Positions 28,254-38,334 of a stretch of DNA of 64,000 nucleotides are shown one piece after another; within the stretch, counting starts at the first letter, position 1; every line of letters starts with the position of its first letter. The notes under the pieces were generated by a model. It searched no databases. It was not told the DNA's origin and saw only the letters and a list, made by a program, of their open reading frames with translations. The position numbers and the translations under genes are program-made. This DNA comes from an uncultured Candidatus Saccharibacteria bacterium (lineage in GTDB: Bacteria; Patescibacteriota; Doudnabacteria; UBA920): positions 3,914-67,913 of the forward strand of contig CAZQZS010000002.1 in assembly GCA_964597895.1 (NCBI GenBank), given 5' to 3'.

Positions 28254-29984
28254 CTAAGCGACTTTTAAGGATTTTTGGAGGGTTTCCAGGTGTTTGGATT
28301 TGAGTTTGCGCAGGCTTGCACTGTCGGAGTGTGAGCGGATAATGTCTGACAAGTGAACCCCGCCGACAAAGTGGGGAAGCAGGACATAGTCTGCGCCTTT
28401 GTCATAAAGTTCTAGCGCTTCTGACTCATCATTGGCGGCCACGATCAGTTTTGGCTTTTTGCTTAAAGAGACCACGGCTTCAACCAAAGCTTTGGTGTCG
28501 TGGAAATCAGGAATTGTGGAGATGACTAGTTTTGCAGCTGGCAGGCCAGCAACTTCTTGGATATATGGATCGCTGATGTCGCCACAAACTGCCAAGATGC
28601 CAAGACCGCGGTAGTGGCTTACCACATCTGGATTAAAATCAATGACGATAAATTGGGTATCTTTTTGTTTTTGTAGACGATGGACTAAATGGCTGCCTAA
28701 GCGATGCGCGCCAACAATCACGATGTGCTTGCTAAATACTGTATCACCTAAATGCTCTTGATCGCGTCCTGCTTTGCGGCCGACTTTATCCAGCCAACCC
28801 ATGGTCAGAGTCATTAGCCAGCCATAAAGCTTATTAGAATAAAGAATGCCGTATGAGGAAATAGCTATAGTGATGATTCCAACCATAGTGACAATTGTGA
28901 CTTCGGTTTCGCCTACATGGCCGGCTGCCAGGCCAAGCGCCATGAGGATTAGGCTAAACTCCGAAATCTGTGCGACGGTAACGCCAGTTAAAAAAGATGT
29001 GCGGATTTTGTAGCCCATGAGGCCCAAAATTAAAGTGACGATCAACGGGTTGCCGATCAGAACGAATAAAGCCAAGATGACTGAAGGCCAGAGCGCTGCA
29101 GTGAGATTTCCAATGACTAACTGTGAGCCAAGCACGATAAAGAAGATGACGATAAAGAAATCGCGAATGGGTTTAATTCGTCCGCTGATTTGGTAATGCG
29201 CTCCGGTATTGGCCAGTGCCAAACCGGCAACAAATCCGCCGATGGCGGCGTTAAAGCCAATCCAAGGCGAAGTAAAGAAGGCTGCCAACCCGAGTGCCCA
29301 GCCCAAAGAGAACAACAATAACATTTCATCTGACTTCATCAACGAATTGATCAGTTTTGGGAAAATCGTGCGGCTGAGGGCAATGACCACAACGCCAATC
29401 ATGAACGCTTTGGCGATGGTAAGGATAATGCTGTTAAGTATTCCACCGCTGGTCAGTTCGCCGATGCTGTTGTTGCCGGTTATGCCGGCAAGAAGAATCA
29501 AAATGAAAATCGCTGCAATATCTTGGATTAAAAATATGCCCACAGCGAGTTTGCCATAAAGGCTCTGCATATCTTTTTTCTCGCTAAGGAGTTTTACAAC
29601 GATGATCGTAGAAGAGAAGGTCAGGGCAATAGCAACATACAGCGCTGGGATTGGCGCTAGTCCGAGTAGGGTGGCTATTCCGTAGCCAATTCCTGCGGTA
29701 AACACAACCTGGCCGAGACCAGCGAGAATGGCAGCCTTGCCGATGCGTTTGAGCTGGGAAATATCCAAATCTAGGCCAACCATAAACAGCAGGAGCGTGA
29801 TGCCGATTTCGGCTAAACCTTCTAAGATTTCGCCGTGGTGAAGGCGGTATAAAGCAAACGGACCAATCAGTAAACCGGTAATTATGTAAGCAATGATACT
29901 GGGCTGCTTTAAAAAGTGCAGGATATAAGAGATCCCTGCAGCCGCAATAAGCACGAGAGTTAGTTCAAAAAAAATATTTTCCAA
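28254..29984 (-). CDS. Kef-type K+/H+ antiporter (CPA2) with C-terminal TrkA-N/RCK domain
   Basis: 12-13 TM helices then 'IVIVGAHRLGSHLV' Rossmann motif. Confidence 0.75.
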   Translation of the reverse strand: MENIFFELTLVLIAAAGISYILHFLKQPSIIAYIITGLLIGPFALYRLHHGEILEGLAEIGITLLLFMVGLDLDISQLKRIGKAAILAGLGQVVFTAGIGYGIATLLGLAPIPALYVAIALTFSSTIIVVKLLSEKKDMQSLYGKLAVGIFLIQDIAAIFILILLAGITGNNSIGELTSGGILNSIILTIAKAFMIGVVVIALSRTIFPKLINSLMKSDEMLLLFSLGWALGLAAFFTSPWIGFNAAIGGFVAGLALANTGAHYQISGRIKPIRDFFIVIFFIVLGSQLVIGNLTAALWPSVILALFVLIGNPLIVTLILGLMGYKIRTSFLTGVTVAQISEFSLILMALGLAAGHVGETEVTIVTMVGIITIAISSYGILYSNKLYGWLMTLTMGWLDKVGRKAGRDQEHLGDTVFSKHIVIVGAHRLGSHLVHRLQKQKDTQFIVIDFNPDVVSHYRGLGILAVCGDISDPYIQEVAGLPAAKLVISTIPDFHDTKALVEAVVSLSKKPKLIVAANDESEALELYDKGADYVLLPHFVGGVHLSDIIRSHSDSASLRKLKSKHLETLQKSLKVA

Positions 29985-30096
29985 TGCTGAAAACTTTGAT
30001 TTTAGAATCTGATTTGTTTTTCTTTCAACAAGCCAACTTTTGTTTAATTATAACACAAAGTTTGCTCAAACTGCGCAAAATCGGTAGAATTAAATT

Positions 30097-30678
30097 ATGG
30101 AAATGCCGAAATATGACGCGATTTTTATGGTTGGACCGCAAGGTTCAGGCAAAGGTACCCAAGGGAAAGTCTTGGCCAAAAAGCTAGGCTATTTTTATTG
30201 GGAGATGGGTGAGATTCTCCGCGAAGAAGCAAAGAAGGATACGCCTTTTGGACGCAAAGTAAAATCATTGATTGATGCCGGACATTTATTAGAAGATGAT
30301 GAGCTTTATAGGGTGCTTAATTCTGAACTTCCCGAAGTTATTAAGCACAAGCGCATTTTGTTTGACGGCGTGCCGCGTCGAGTCGGCCAAGGCGCTTATC
30401 TGATACACTACCTAACTCAAAACGGCTTTAATCAGTTCGCCACAATTGTTATTGACGTGCCCAAAGACGAATCCATTAAGCGCTTGCTTGAGCGAGCTCA
30501 TCACGAGTTTCGGACCGACGATACTCCAGAAAAAATTGCTTATCGGTTGGATTTGTATGACAAAGAGACTAAGCCTGTGATTAAGTTCCTGCAAGGTATT
30601 GGTGATTTATATACCATAGACGGAGTTGGTTCAGTGGAAGAGATTACCCAACGAATTAACTTCAGTCTCAACCTTTAG
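30097..30678 (+). CDS. adk: adenylate kinase (short form)
   Basis: 'GPQGSGKGTQG' P-loop, 'LFDGVPRRVGQG'. Confidence 0.8.
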   Translation: MEMPKYDAIFMVGPQGSGKGTQGKVLAKKLGYFYWEMGEILREEAKKDTPFGRKVKSLIDAGHLLEDDELYRVLNSELPEVIKHKRILFDGVPRRVGQGAYLIHYLTQNGFNQFATIVIDVPKDESIKRLLERAHHEFRTDDTPEKIAYRLDLYDKETKPVIKFLQGIGDLYTIDGVGSVEEITQRINFSLNL

Positions 30679-30681
30679 CCA

Positions 30682-31329
30682 ATGAAACTAGCTGACGGTA
30701 AACCGCTTAACTTAATTATTCTTGGTGATGTGGGTGCTGGTAAAGCAACTCAATCGGCTTACTTTGCCAAAAAATACAAGCTGCGGGATTTTGATATGGG
30801 CTTGGAGCTTACTATGCTGCGCCAGAAAAATTCAGAAGTTGATACGGCTCAGCGACGGACAGCTGATAAAGGTATTCTTACACCAACGAAAATTGTTCGC
30901 GGCATTTTAGAGAGAACTATTACAGGGACTAACAACCAGCAAGGAATTTTATTTGATGGCCATCCCAAAATGATTGGTGAAGCCAAGATTGTTACCAAGC
31001 TGTTAGAGCAGACAAAACGCTCAAAGCCGTTAGTGATTTACTTGAGCATTCCTCAAGCAGAAACCGTAGCCCGCATCAAACATCGCCAGGGCTACAAAAA
31101 TACGACATTCGCAAAACGGAGCGATGATACTTTATCTGGCTTAAAGAATCGTGCCCGCTATTACCGCGAGCAAATAAGCAAAGTGATAAAGTATTTCGCA
31201 AAACACTATGAATTTGTTACCATAAGCGGAACCGGCACCAGAAGTCAGGTTAGGAGCCGTATTCAAGCGGCTATCAATCGCTATATTCATGATTATGAAA
31301 AAGTACACCAAAAAACCCGAAGAAATTGA
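30682..31329 (+). CDS. second, divergent adenylate-kinase-family NMP kinase
   Basis: 'GDVGAGKATQS' P-loop, 'LFDGHPKMIGEAK'; 4 nt after adk. Confidence 0.6.
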   Translation: MKLADGKPLNLIILGDVGAGKATQSAYFAKKYKLRDFDMGLELTMLRQKNSEVDTAQRRTADKGILTPTKIVRGILERTITGTNNQQGILFDGHPKMIGEAKIVTKLLEQTKRSKPLVIYLSIPQAETVARIKHRQGYKNTTFAKRSDDTLSGLKNRARYYREQISKVIKYFAKHYEFVTISGTGTRSQVRSRIQAAINRYIHDYEKVHQKTRRN

Positions 31330-32053
31330 GCTGATTGCCGAAGGTGGCAAACTCTTGGGAGATATTCTGAAAAGAACGGCTGCCTTGGTTCAGCCTGGGA
31401 TTTCTACCCATGATTTAAATAGCTTTGCAGAAGCAGAGATTCTTAAAGCTGGCGGCAAGCCGAGCTTTATTGGCTATGGTGACAAAAACAATCCTTTTCC
31501 TGCTGGCCTGTGCACTTCTATCAATGATGCGGTTGTGCATGGGGTACCAATGCCAGACGATATTTTGCACGAAGGGGATATTGTTGGATTGGATATCGGC
31601 ATGGTCTATAAAGGTTTTTATACCGACACAGCAGTTACGGTTGGCGTGGGTAAAGTTTCTGAGCAAGCCGACAAAATTATGAAAATTACCAGGCAGGCTT
31701 TGCAGGAAGCCATCAATTTGGCAAAGCCAGGGAACCGCATCGGCGATTTAGGTTACGCTATGCAAAGCATTGCCGAAAAGGCCGGATTTAGTGTGGTTAG
31801 GGATTTAGTAGGACATGGAGTCGGCTATGCTGTTCATGAAGATCCTTCCGTACCATGTTACGGCAAGCCAGGAACTGGCATTGAGTTAGTAGAAGGGATG
31901 GTCTTAGCAATAGAGCCCATGGTTTGTGAAAATAAGCCAAAAATTGTATTTGATGCCGACGGTTGGACCATTCGCACCTCTGATGGCGGACTGGCCGCGC
32001 ACTTTGAGCACACCATTGCAGTCACGGAAAAAGGTGCCAGGATCCTAACATAG
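31289..32053 (+). CDS. map: methionine aminopeptidase type I
   Basis: MetAP fold with metal ligands ('DIVGLDIG', 'GHGVG', 'LAIEPM'); 5' end overlaps the adk paralogue. Confidence 0.8.
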   Translation: MIMKKYTKKPEEIELIAEGGKLLGDILKRTAALVQPGISTHDLNSFAEAEILKAGGKPSFIGYGDKNNPFPAGLCTSINDAVVHGVPMPDDILHEGDIVGLDIGMVYKGFYTDTAVTVGVGKVSEQADKIMKITRQALQEAINLAKPGNRIGDLGYAMQSIAEKAGFSVVRDLVGHGVGYAVHEDPSVPCYGKPGTGIELVEGMVLAIEPMVCENKPKIVFDADGWTIRTSDGGLAAHFEHTIAVTEKGARILT

Positions 32054-32092
32054 TTTGATATAATCAAAGTAAGTAATTAATTCTATAAATAT

Positions 32093-32566
32093 ATGGAATA
32101 TGGTGAAGTACAGCCTTTTGGCGCCTACCAGGACATGACCCCGTATGAGCAGGGATTATCTGGTGCTCCATTGCTGTTCGTAGTGATATTGGGTATTGCA
32201 ATTTATGTTTATACCGCATATTGCTTGTCCGTAATCGCTAAGAAGACTGGAACCCCAAATGAGTGGTGGGCATGGATTCCGGTTTTGAATCTTTTGCTTA
32301 TGCTCAAGATTGCCCGCTTGCCGTTATGGTTGGCATTAGGATTTTTGTTAGCGTTTATTCCAGTCGTGAACTTGCTAGTCTTAGCTCTAGCAGCTTACAT
32401 CTGGTGGAAGGTTGCTGAACGCCGCAACCGTCCAGGCTGGTGGGGAATTGTGATGCTGATCGGTCCGATTAACTTAATCTTGCTGTGGTTCTTAGCTTTT
32501 AAAGAAGCAGCTCCGCAAAACAATACTCCGGCAGCTCAGGCGCCTCCTGCTGCTCCTGCCGCATAA
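32093..32566 (+). CDS. hypothetical membrane protein with Ala/Pro-rich tail
   Basis: Four TM helices; C-terminus 'AAQAPPAAPAA'. Confidence 0.45.
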   Translation: MEYGEVQPFGAYQDMTPYEQGLSGAPLLFVVILGIAIYVYTAYCLSVIAKKTGTPNEWWAWIPVLNLLLMLKIARLPLWLALGFLLAFIPVVNLLVLALAAYIWWKVAERRNRPGWWGIVMLIGPINLILLWFLAFKEAAPQNNTPAAQAPPAAPAA

Positions 32567-32574
32567 CTTCAATA

Positions 32575-32607
32575 AATAAAAGCCCAGTAATTTGCTGGGC
32601 TTTTTTG
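32575..32607. terminator. bidirectional terminator
   Basis: 'aaagcccagtaatttgctgggctttttt'. Confidence 0.6.
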
Positions 32608-32663
32608 AACTTTGGTTTGAGTAAGGTGGAGAGATGAGACAGTGGTGTTTTTGCCAACTCGGA

Positions 32664-34394
32664 TTATTTTCGTGAGTTTATCTTATCGCTTAAAGTTTGG
32701 GCAAATTCAGATACCGAAATTGTTCCAAGATCCTGATCGCCTCTGCCGCGGACTGCGACAGCGTTGCTTTCGGCTTCTTTGTCGCCAACTACTAAACTGT
32801 ACGGAACTTTTTTTGTTGCGGCTTCGCGGATGCGTTTGCCTACGGATTCGCTGCGGTTATCAATTTCAATTCGCAAATCAGGCACAGCCTTGCGGAGCTG
32901 GTCTGCTACCTGATTGGCGTATTCAGCATGTTTATCGGAAATAGGCAGAACCACTGCTTGAACAGGGGAGAGCCAAGCAGGCAGGGCACCCCCGTATTGT
33001 TCAATCAAGATGGCCATAAAGCGCTCAAAGCTGCCTAAGATGGCGCGGTGGATTACGATTGGGGTTTGTCTGGAGCCGTCACTAGCCACATACTCAAGCT
33101 CAAATCTTTGCGGCATCTGGAAGTCCAGTTGGATGGTGGCCAATTGCCAATTTCGGCCAAAGACGTCCTTGATTCGCATATCAATTTTTGGTCCGTAGAA
33201 AGCTCCATCTCCTTCTTCGCACGAGTAGTCCCAGCCGGCCTTATCTAGCGCCGCTGCCAGTGCAGCTTCGGCATGTTCCCATTCTTCCTTGGTCCCCAGA
33301 GACTCCTCGGGCTTGGTGCCAATCGTTACTTGGTCAATTTTCATGTCAAAGATTCCGTAAATTTGTGTGACTCTATTTAGGAGATCTGCAACCTCATCTG
33401 TGATTTGTTCTGGGGTAACAAAGATATGAGTATCATCTTGTGCAAAGGCCCGGACGCGGGTCAGGCCAGAGAGGGTTCCGGATAATTCATTACGGTAAAG
33501 CGTTGTCATTTCTGCAAAACGAAGTGGAAGGTCTTTGTAAGAGTAGAGACTCTGTTTGTAGAGCAGCATATGACCAGGGCAGTTCATCGGTTTTAAGCCA
33601 AAGGTGCGGCCTTCCGATTCTAAGGTGAGCATGTCGTCCTTGTAGTGCTCCCAGTGCCCAGAAGTCTTAAATAACTCCGAATCAAATAATTGAGGCAGTC
33701 TGATTTCGCTATAGCCAGGTCCATAGGAAACTTCGCGGACAAATTTTTCCAGTTCATTGCGAACTATTGTTCCAGCTGGCTGATAAAAGGGAATGCCAGG
33801 TGCGTATTCATGGAATAAGAAATAGCCAAGCTGAGGGCCTAAAACTCGGTGGTCGCGCTTTTCCAGCTCTTCTTGCAAGGAAATAAACTCGTCTAATTTG
33901 GCTCTGCTTTCAAATGCTAAACCATAGATGCGTTGTAGTTGCGCATTAGCTTGGTCGCCGCGCCAGTATGCCCCGGAGATTTTATGCAGCTTGAACGCAT
34001 TTGGGTCAATTTCGGCAGTGTTGTCTACGTGACCACCTCGGCAAAGATCTATGAAGTCGCCAGTCTTGTACAGACTGAGCTGTTCACCAGTCTGTTCTAG
34101 ATCACTAATTAATTCCAGCTTAAATTGTTGACCACGCTCGGTAAAGAATTTCTTTGCTTCGTCAGCCGAAATCTCTTGGCGCTCAAAGCTGAGTTCCTGT
34201 TTGGCCAGCTCCTTCATGCGGCTTTCTAGTTTTGGTAAATCTTCTGGGGTCAGCGGCCGTGGTAAAAGAAAGTCGTAATAAAACCCGTTTTCAATTACTG
34301 GCCCGACCCCAAGCTTTGCGTCTGGAAATGTTTCCAAAACGCTTGCAGCTAGCAAGTGGGCGAGTGAGTGGCGTTGGTTTTCTAATGTGTTCAT
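32664..34394 (-). CDS. thrS: threonyl-tRNA synthetase lacking the N-terminal TGS (N1) domain
   Basis: Begins in the N2/editing domain ('HSLAHLLAASV...'), class II catalytic core, C-terminal anticodon-binding domain; 576 aa. Confidence 0.85.
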   Translation of the reverse strand: MNTLENQRHSLAHLLAASVLETFPDAKLGVGPVIENGFYYDFLLPRPLTPEDLPKLESRMKELAKQELSFERQEISADEAKKFFTERGQQFKLELISDLEQTGEQLSLYKTGDFIDLCRGGHVDNTAEIDPNAFKLHKISGAYWRGDQANAQLQRIYGLAFESRAKLDEFISLQEELEKRDHRVLGPQLGYFLFHEYAPGIPFYQPAGTIVRNELEKFVREVSYGPGYSEIRLPQLFDSELFKTSGHWEHYKDDMLTLESEGRTFGLKPMNCPGHMLLYKQSLYSYKDLPLRFAEMTTLYRNELSGTLSGLTRVRAFAQDDTHIFVTPEQITDEVADLLNRVTQIYGIFDMKIDQVTIGTKPEESLGTKEEWEHAEAALAAALDKAGWDYSCEEGDGAFYGPKIDMRIKDVFGRNWQLATIQLDFQMPQRFELEYVASDGSRQTPIVIHRAILGSFERFMAILIEQYGGALPAWLSPVQAVVLPISDKHAEYANQVADQLRKAVPDLRIEIDNRSESVGKRIREAATKKVPYSLVVGDKEAESNAVAVRGRGDQDLGTISVSEFAQTLSDKINSRK

Positions 34395-34674
34395 ATAGAT
34401 TATTTTAATGTTATCAAGGTCTAATTGGCAATAACATTATAAAACTACGGTAACTGTCTATCGTGCAGTTCAAAATCATGGTCAAAAACAAAAAACTCCA
34501 GGAGCCAAGACAGACTTTGTCTTTGACTTCTGGGGTCTTAAATTTAAGACGATTCCGTCCCAGTTCACTGCTTGAATGCAAACAGCCTTTTGATTATGCA
34601 ATTTAGGTTGACTGGCGGTTGGTAGCCGCTTCAGACATCAACAGATTCTAAAATTATTATACAGGAAAATTTTG

Positions 34675-34704
34675 TAAAAAAAAGCGCAGTCTTAGAACTG
34701 CGCT
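34675..34704 (-). terminator. terminator downstream of dnaE (minus strand)
   Basis: 'agcgcagt cttagaa ctgcgct' followed by T8 on the minus strand. Confidence 0.55.
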
Positions 34705-34817
34705 AAGGGTGGATTCGTACGCTTCAGCTCGGTCAGATTTGCTATGGCTTAAACCGCGTGATTGCGATTATTGTGAAGCGATTTGATTAAATAGTAAATT
34801 TACGGAGCTATTCATTC

Positions 34818-37800
34818 CTAAAAGTCTAGTCGGTCATAAATCATACTCACCTCTGGAATGGACCGGAGTCTGTGGATTAGTTCCCGGCTGATGCGCACGC
34901 TGGTCTTGGTTTTTATGGTGTTTTTGCTTTGACCTTGGCCAACTTGCAGGAATACCGGCGCATTTCCTGGGTTAGCTTCCAGAAGTTCTTTGATTTGATG
35001 TAAAGTGGCTTGATTTTTGATGTCAGGTAGATGGATAGTCAGTTCTTTCTGCTTTTCCAACTCCTCAAGGGCCATCTGGTAAAGTTCATCATCAGGCAGG
35101 TCCTTGATTTCATTAGCTATTAGCTTCGGTTCTCCGTCTTTAGAGGAAATTTTTGCGTTAACCTTGATGACCATATCGCTATCCAAGTAGGCAAGCGCTT
35201 GGGGCATAACTGTTGGGAAAATCAGTATCTCTACTGAGCCGGTTTTGTCCTCTAGTGTGGCAAAGGCCATTGGATCATTCTTTTTCGTGATTGTGCGTTT
35301 GGATTTGGTGATAATCCCGGCGACAGTAACCTGCTGGCCGTCCATGTCTTCGGTAAGATTACGAATGGGATAATAATTTTTGGTGACGTTGCGATAGCGA
35401 TCTAATGGGTGTCCGGATACAAATAATCCGATATGATCTTTCTCAAATTTGAGCATATCTTCTTTGGTAAGCAGGGCTGAGTTTTTGAGTTGGAGTCGAC
35501 CAATTTGCATGGTTTTGCCAAATAAGGAAGTTTGACCGCTTTGGTCATTCTTAAAGTGCTCACGAAGAAAATCCAAAACGTTATCTGTACTAGCCAGTAA
35601 TTGGCCCCGCTCGCCAAACTTGTCTAGCGCCCCAGACTTAACCAGTGCTTCCCAAGATTTTTTGTTAAAGCTTTTGGTGTAACTTTTCGTTAAGAAATCT
35701 TCTAGTGACTCAAATTTTATATCGGCTTTGTGACAATCAATGATCTTACGAATTACGTCTGAGCCAAGGTTTTTGATGGCGCGCAGTCCAAAGCGGATGG
35801 TTTTTGCGTCAATAACTGTAAAGCCGCCGTAGCTTTCTGTGACATCAGGAGGTAGTACTGTGATGCCAAGGTTTTTGCATTTTTCAAAAGCTTCGTGGAT
35901 TTTTACTTCGTCACCGCTCTCCGCGCTCATGAGCGAAGCCATAAACTCTACTGTGTAGTTGGCCTTCATATAGGCGGTTTGGTAGCTGACTTGACTATAA
36001 GAAGCCGCATGGGCTTTGTTGAAGCCATAGGCTGCAAAAGGTTCAATTAAGGTAAACAATTCGGCGGCGCGTTCGTTGCTCATGCCGCCTTTGATACAGC
36101 CGTCAATAAACTTAACTTTTTGCTTAGCCATCTCTGCAGGGATCTTTTTTCCCATAGCTTTACGGAGTTTATCGGCTTCTTCCCAAGTGTAGCCGGCTAA
36201 ATTGATGGCTGTGAGTAAAACATCATCTTGGTAAACCAGCAGGCCAAGGGACCGTTCTAGATAATCTTTCATGCGCTCATCAAAGTACGTGATTAGCGAA
36301 GGATTGTGCTTGCGCGCGATGTACTGCGGAATAATACCCATTGGTCCTGGGCGATAAAGCGCAATCATGGCGGAGATATCAAAGATAGAAGTTGGCTTTA
36401 GCTCTTTGAGGTAACGGGTCATACCACTGGAGCCAAGCTGAAAGACTCCGAAAGTATGCCCCTCAGCGAGGAGTCTAAAAGTTTTTTCGTCATTTAGAGG
36501 AAGATTTCCTGGATCAATTTGTATGCCGTGACGAATCTTCACTAATTTTATCGCTGCTTCCAGGATGCTGAGGTTTCGTATTCCCAGTAAGTCCATTTTA
36601 ATCACACCGATGGCGTTGCTGTCCGCGCCAACATCCAAAGCATACATATCGTATTGTGTGATCAAGCGGTTCCCGTCGGGTTCAATTTGCAGCGGGGTGT
36701 AATCAGTTAGGGGAGTTGGAGTTATGGCCAGCGCTGCCGCGTGGATTGATGCATGCCGGACACAGCCTTCCAGTTTTTTTGCAATATCAATGATTCGCCT
36801 GGTTTCGTCGTCAGTATCATAAACTGCAGCCAGTTCAATATTTTGCTCTAATGCTTTGTCTAGAGTCATAGTGAAGCCTTGCTTGCCAAGAGGGATCATT
36901 TTGGCAATGCGATCGCATTTGCCATAGGGTATACCGAGGGCGCGACCTACATCGCGCACGACTGCCCGAGCTTTCATGGTTCCGAACGTAATAATCTGGG
37001 CCACCTTATCGTGACCATAATGATCAGCGATCCAGCCAATGACTTCATCACGGCGATCATCAGCAATATCCAAGTCAACGTCGGGAGGGGTCGGCCGGAA
37101 CACTGTTAGAAAGCGCTCAAAAGGTAGCTGGTATTCCAACGGGTCAATGGCGCTGATTTTTAGCAAGTATCCAACAATAGAACCTGCGGCGCTGCCACGG
37201 GTGTTGGTTAAGGCGCCTAGTTCATGTGCCCCCGCGACTATATCAGCGACCATTAAGAAGTAAACAGCAAAGCCTTTTTGGCAGATAATGTCTAGTTCAT
37301 AGTCAATGCGTTGCTTGATCGTTTCGTTGATACCATCTGCTCCATATACTTCTTTGGCGCGCTGGTAAACCGCGCGTTCAAGCTCTTGTTCTGGGGTAAC
37401 ATTGGCCGGCAGTTTGACATGAGCAAAGTATCGTTGATTGGTTGGGATTTCTAAGTCTACTGTTTGCGCTATGAGCTGCGTGCTTTCAATAGCATCTGGA
37501 AGGTCTGCAAACTTTTCCTCCATGGCTTCTGGTTTTGTGAGGGATAGATCGTGGCTGCGCATATCTAACCGATTCGGCTCGTCAACATTACGCCCAGTAC
37601 CGACGCAGACCATGACGTCTTGCGCTTCGCTATCGCTCGGCCTGAGATAGTGACAGTCCTGTGTGGCAACCGGCCGCACCCCTATTTTTCTGCCCAGTTC
37701 TACAAGTTGTTCGTTTGGCTGCAGTTCATGACCGTCTAAGCTGTTTCGCTGTAGTTCTAAAAAGAAATTTTCTGCGCCGAAAATTTTAAGATGCTCTTCC

Positions 37801-38270
37801 AGTGCTCGTTCTGCCGCGGTCATGGAGGTTTTAATGGCTCGTGGTACTTGGCCGCGAGGGCAGCCTGAGAGCGCAATCAGTCCTTCGCTGTATTGGGCGA
37901 TTGCCTCTAAATCTAGACGGGGTTTGTAGTAAAAACCCTCGGTGTGGGCAATCGTTGTTAGTTTCATCAAGTTTAAGTAGCCCTTGTAGTTTTTGGCCAA
38001 CAAAGTGAGGTGATGATAGTCTGCGTCTTGCTTGCCTTCTTTTCTCTGCAAGCCTCTGGGGGCAATGTATGCTTCAAGGCCGATAATCGGCTTAACTTCA
38101 TTTTTAACGCAGGTATTGTAGAAATCAATCGCGCCGTACATCACGCCATGGTCGGTGATAGCCAAAGAATCCATCCCATATTCTTTGGCTAAAGCTACTA
38201 AATCAGGAACTTTGGAAAGTCCGTCTAATAGCGAGTAATGAGAATGACAGTGGAGATGGGTAAACGCCAT
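34818..38270 (-). CDS. dnaE: DNA polymerase III alpha subunit
   Basis: PHP domain 'HLHCHSHYSLLDG', palm/fingers, OB domain; 1150 aa. Confidence 0.9.
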   Translation of the reverse strand: MAFTHLHCHSHYSLLDGLSKVPDLVALAKEYGMDSLAITDHGVMYGAIDFYNTCVKNEVKPIIGLEAYIAPRGLQRKEGKQDADYHHLTLLAKNYKGYLNLMKLTTIAHTEGFYYKPRLDLEAIAQYSEGLIALSGCPRGQVPRAIKTSMTAAERALEEHLKIFGAENFFLELQRNSLDGHELQPNEQLVELGRKIGVRPVATQDCHYLRPSDSEAQDVMVCVGTGRNVDEPNRLDMRSHDLSLTKPEAMEEKFADLPDAIESTQLIAQTVDLEIPTNQRYFAHVKLPANVTPEQELERAVYQRAKEVYGADGINETIKQRIDYELDIICQKGFAVYFLMVADIVAGAHELGALTNTRGSAAGSIVGYLLKISAIDPLEYQLPFERFLTVFRPTPPDVDLDIADDRRDEVIGWIADHYGHDKVAQIITFGTMKARAVVRDVGRALGIPYGKCDRIAKMIPLGKQGFTMTLDKALEQNIELAAVYDTDDETRRIIDIAKKLEGCVRHASIHAAALAITPTPLTDYTPLQIEPDGNRLITQYDMYALDVGADSNAIGVIKMDLLGIRNLSILEAAIKLVKIRHGIQIDPGNLPLNDEKTFRLLAEGHTFGVFQLGSSGMTRYLKELKPTSIFDISAMIALYRPGPMGIIPQYIARKHNPSLITYFDERMKDYLERSLGLLVYQDDVLLTAINLAGYTWEEADKLRKAMGKKIPAEMAKQKVKFIDGCIKGGMSNERAAELFTLIEPFAAYGFNKAHAASYSQVSYQTAYMKANYTVEFMASLMSAESGDEVKIHEAFEKCKNLGITVLPPDVTESYGGFTVIDAKTIRFGLRAIKNLGSDVIRKIIDCHKADIKFESLEDFLTKSYTKSFNKKSWEALVKSGALDKFGERGQLLASTDNVLDFLREHFKNDQSGQTSLFGKTMQIGRLQLKNSALLTKEDMLKFEKDHIGLFVSGHPLDRYRNVTKNYYPIRNLTEDMDGQQVTVAGIITKSKRTITKKNDPMAFATLEDKTGSVEILIFPTVMPQALAYLDSDMVIKVNAKISSKDGEPKLIANEIKDLPDDELYQMALEELEKQKELTIHLPDIKNQATLHQIKELLEANPGNAPVFLQVGQGQSKNTIKTKTSVRISRELIHRLRSIPEVSMIYDRLDF

Positions 38271-38334
38271 GATTATCGTTAATTTCTGAAGAGTTTTGCT
38301 ATAATAAAGTTATCATACCGTTCTGAGTTCTTCT

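Noticed and set aside
34395-34680. T-box riboswitch upstream of thrS (and of aspS at 20427..20530)
   Set aside because: There is no AGGGTGGNACCGCG-type T-box sequence or specifier-loop architecture. The aspS leader is only ~10 nt.
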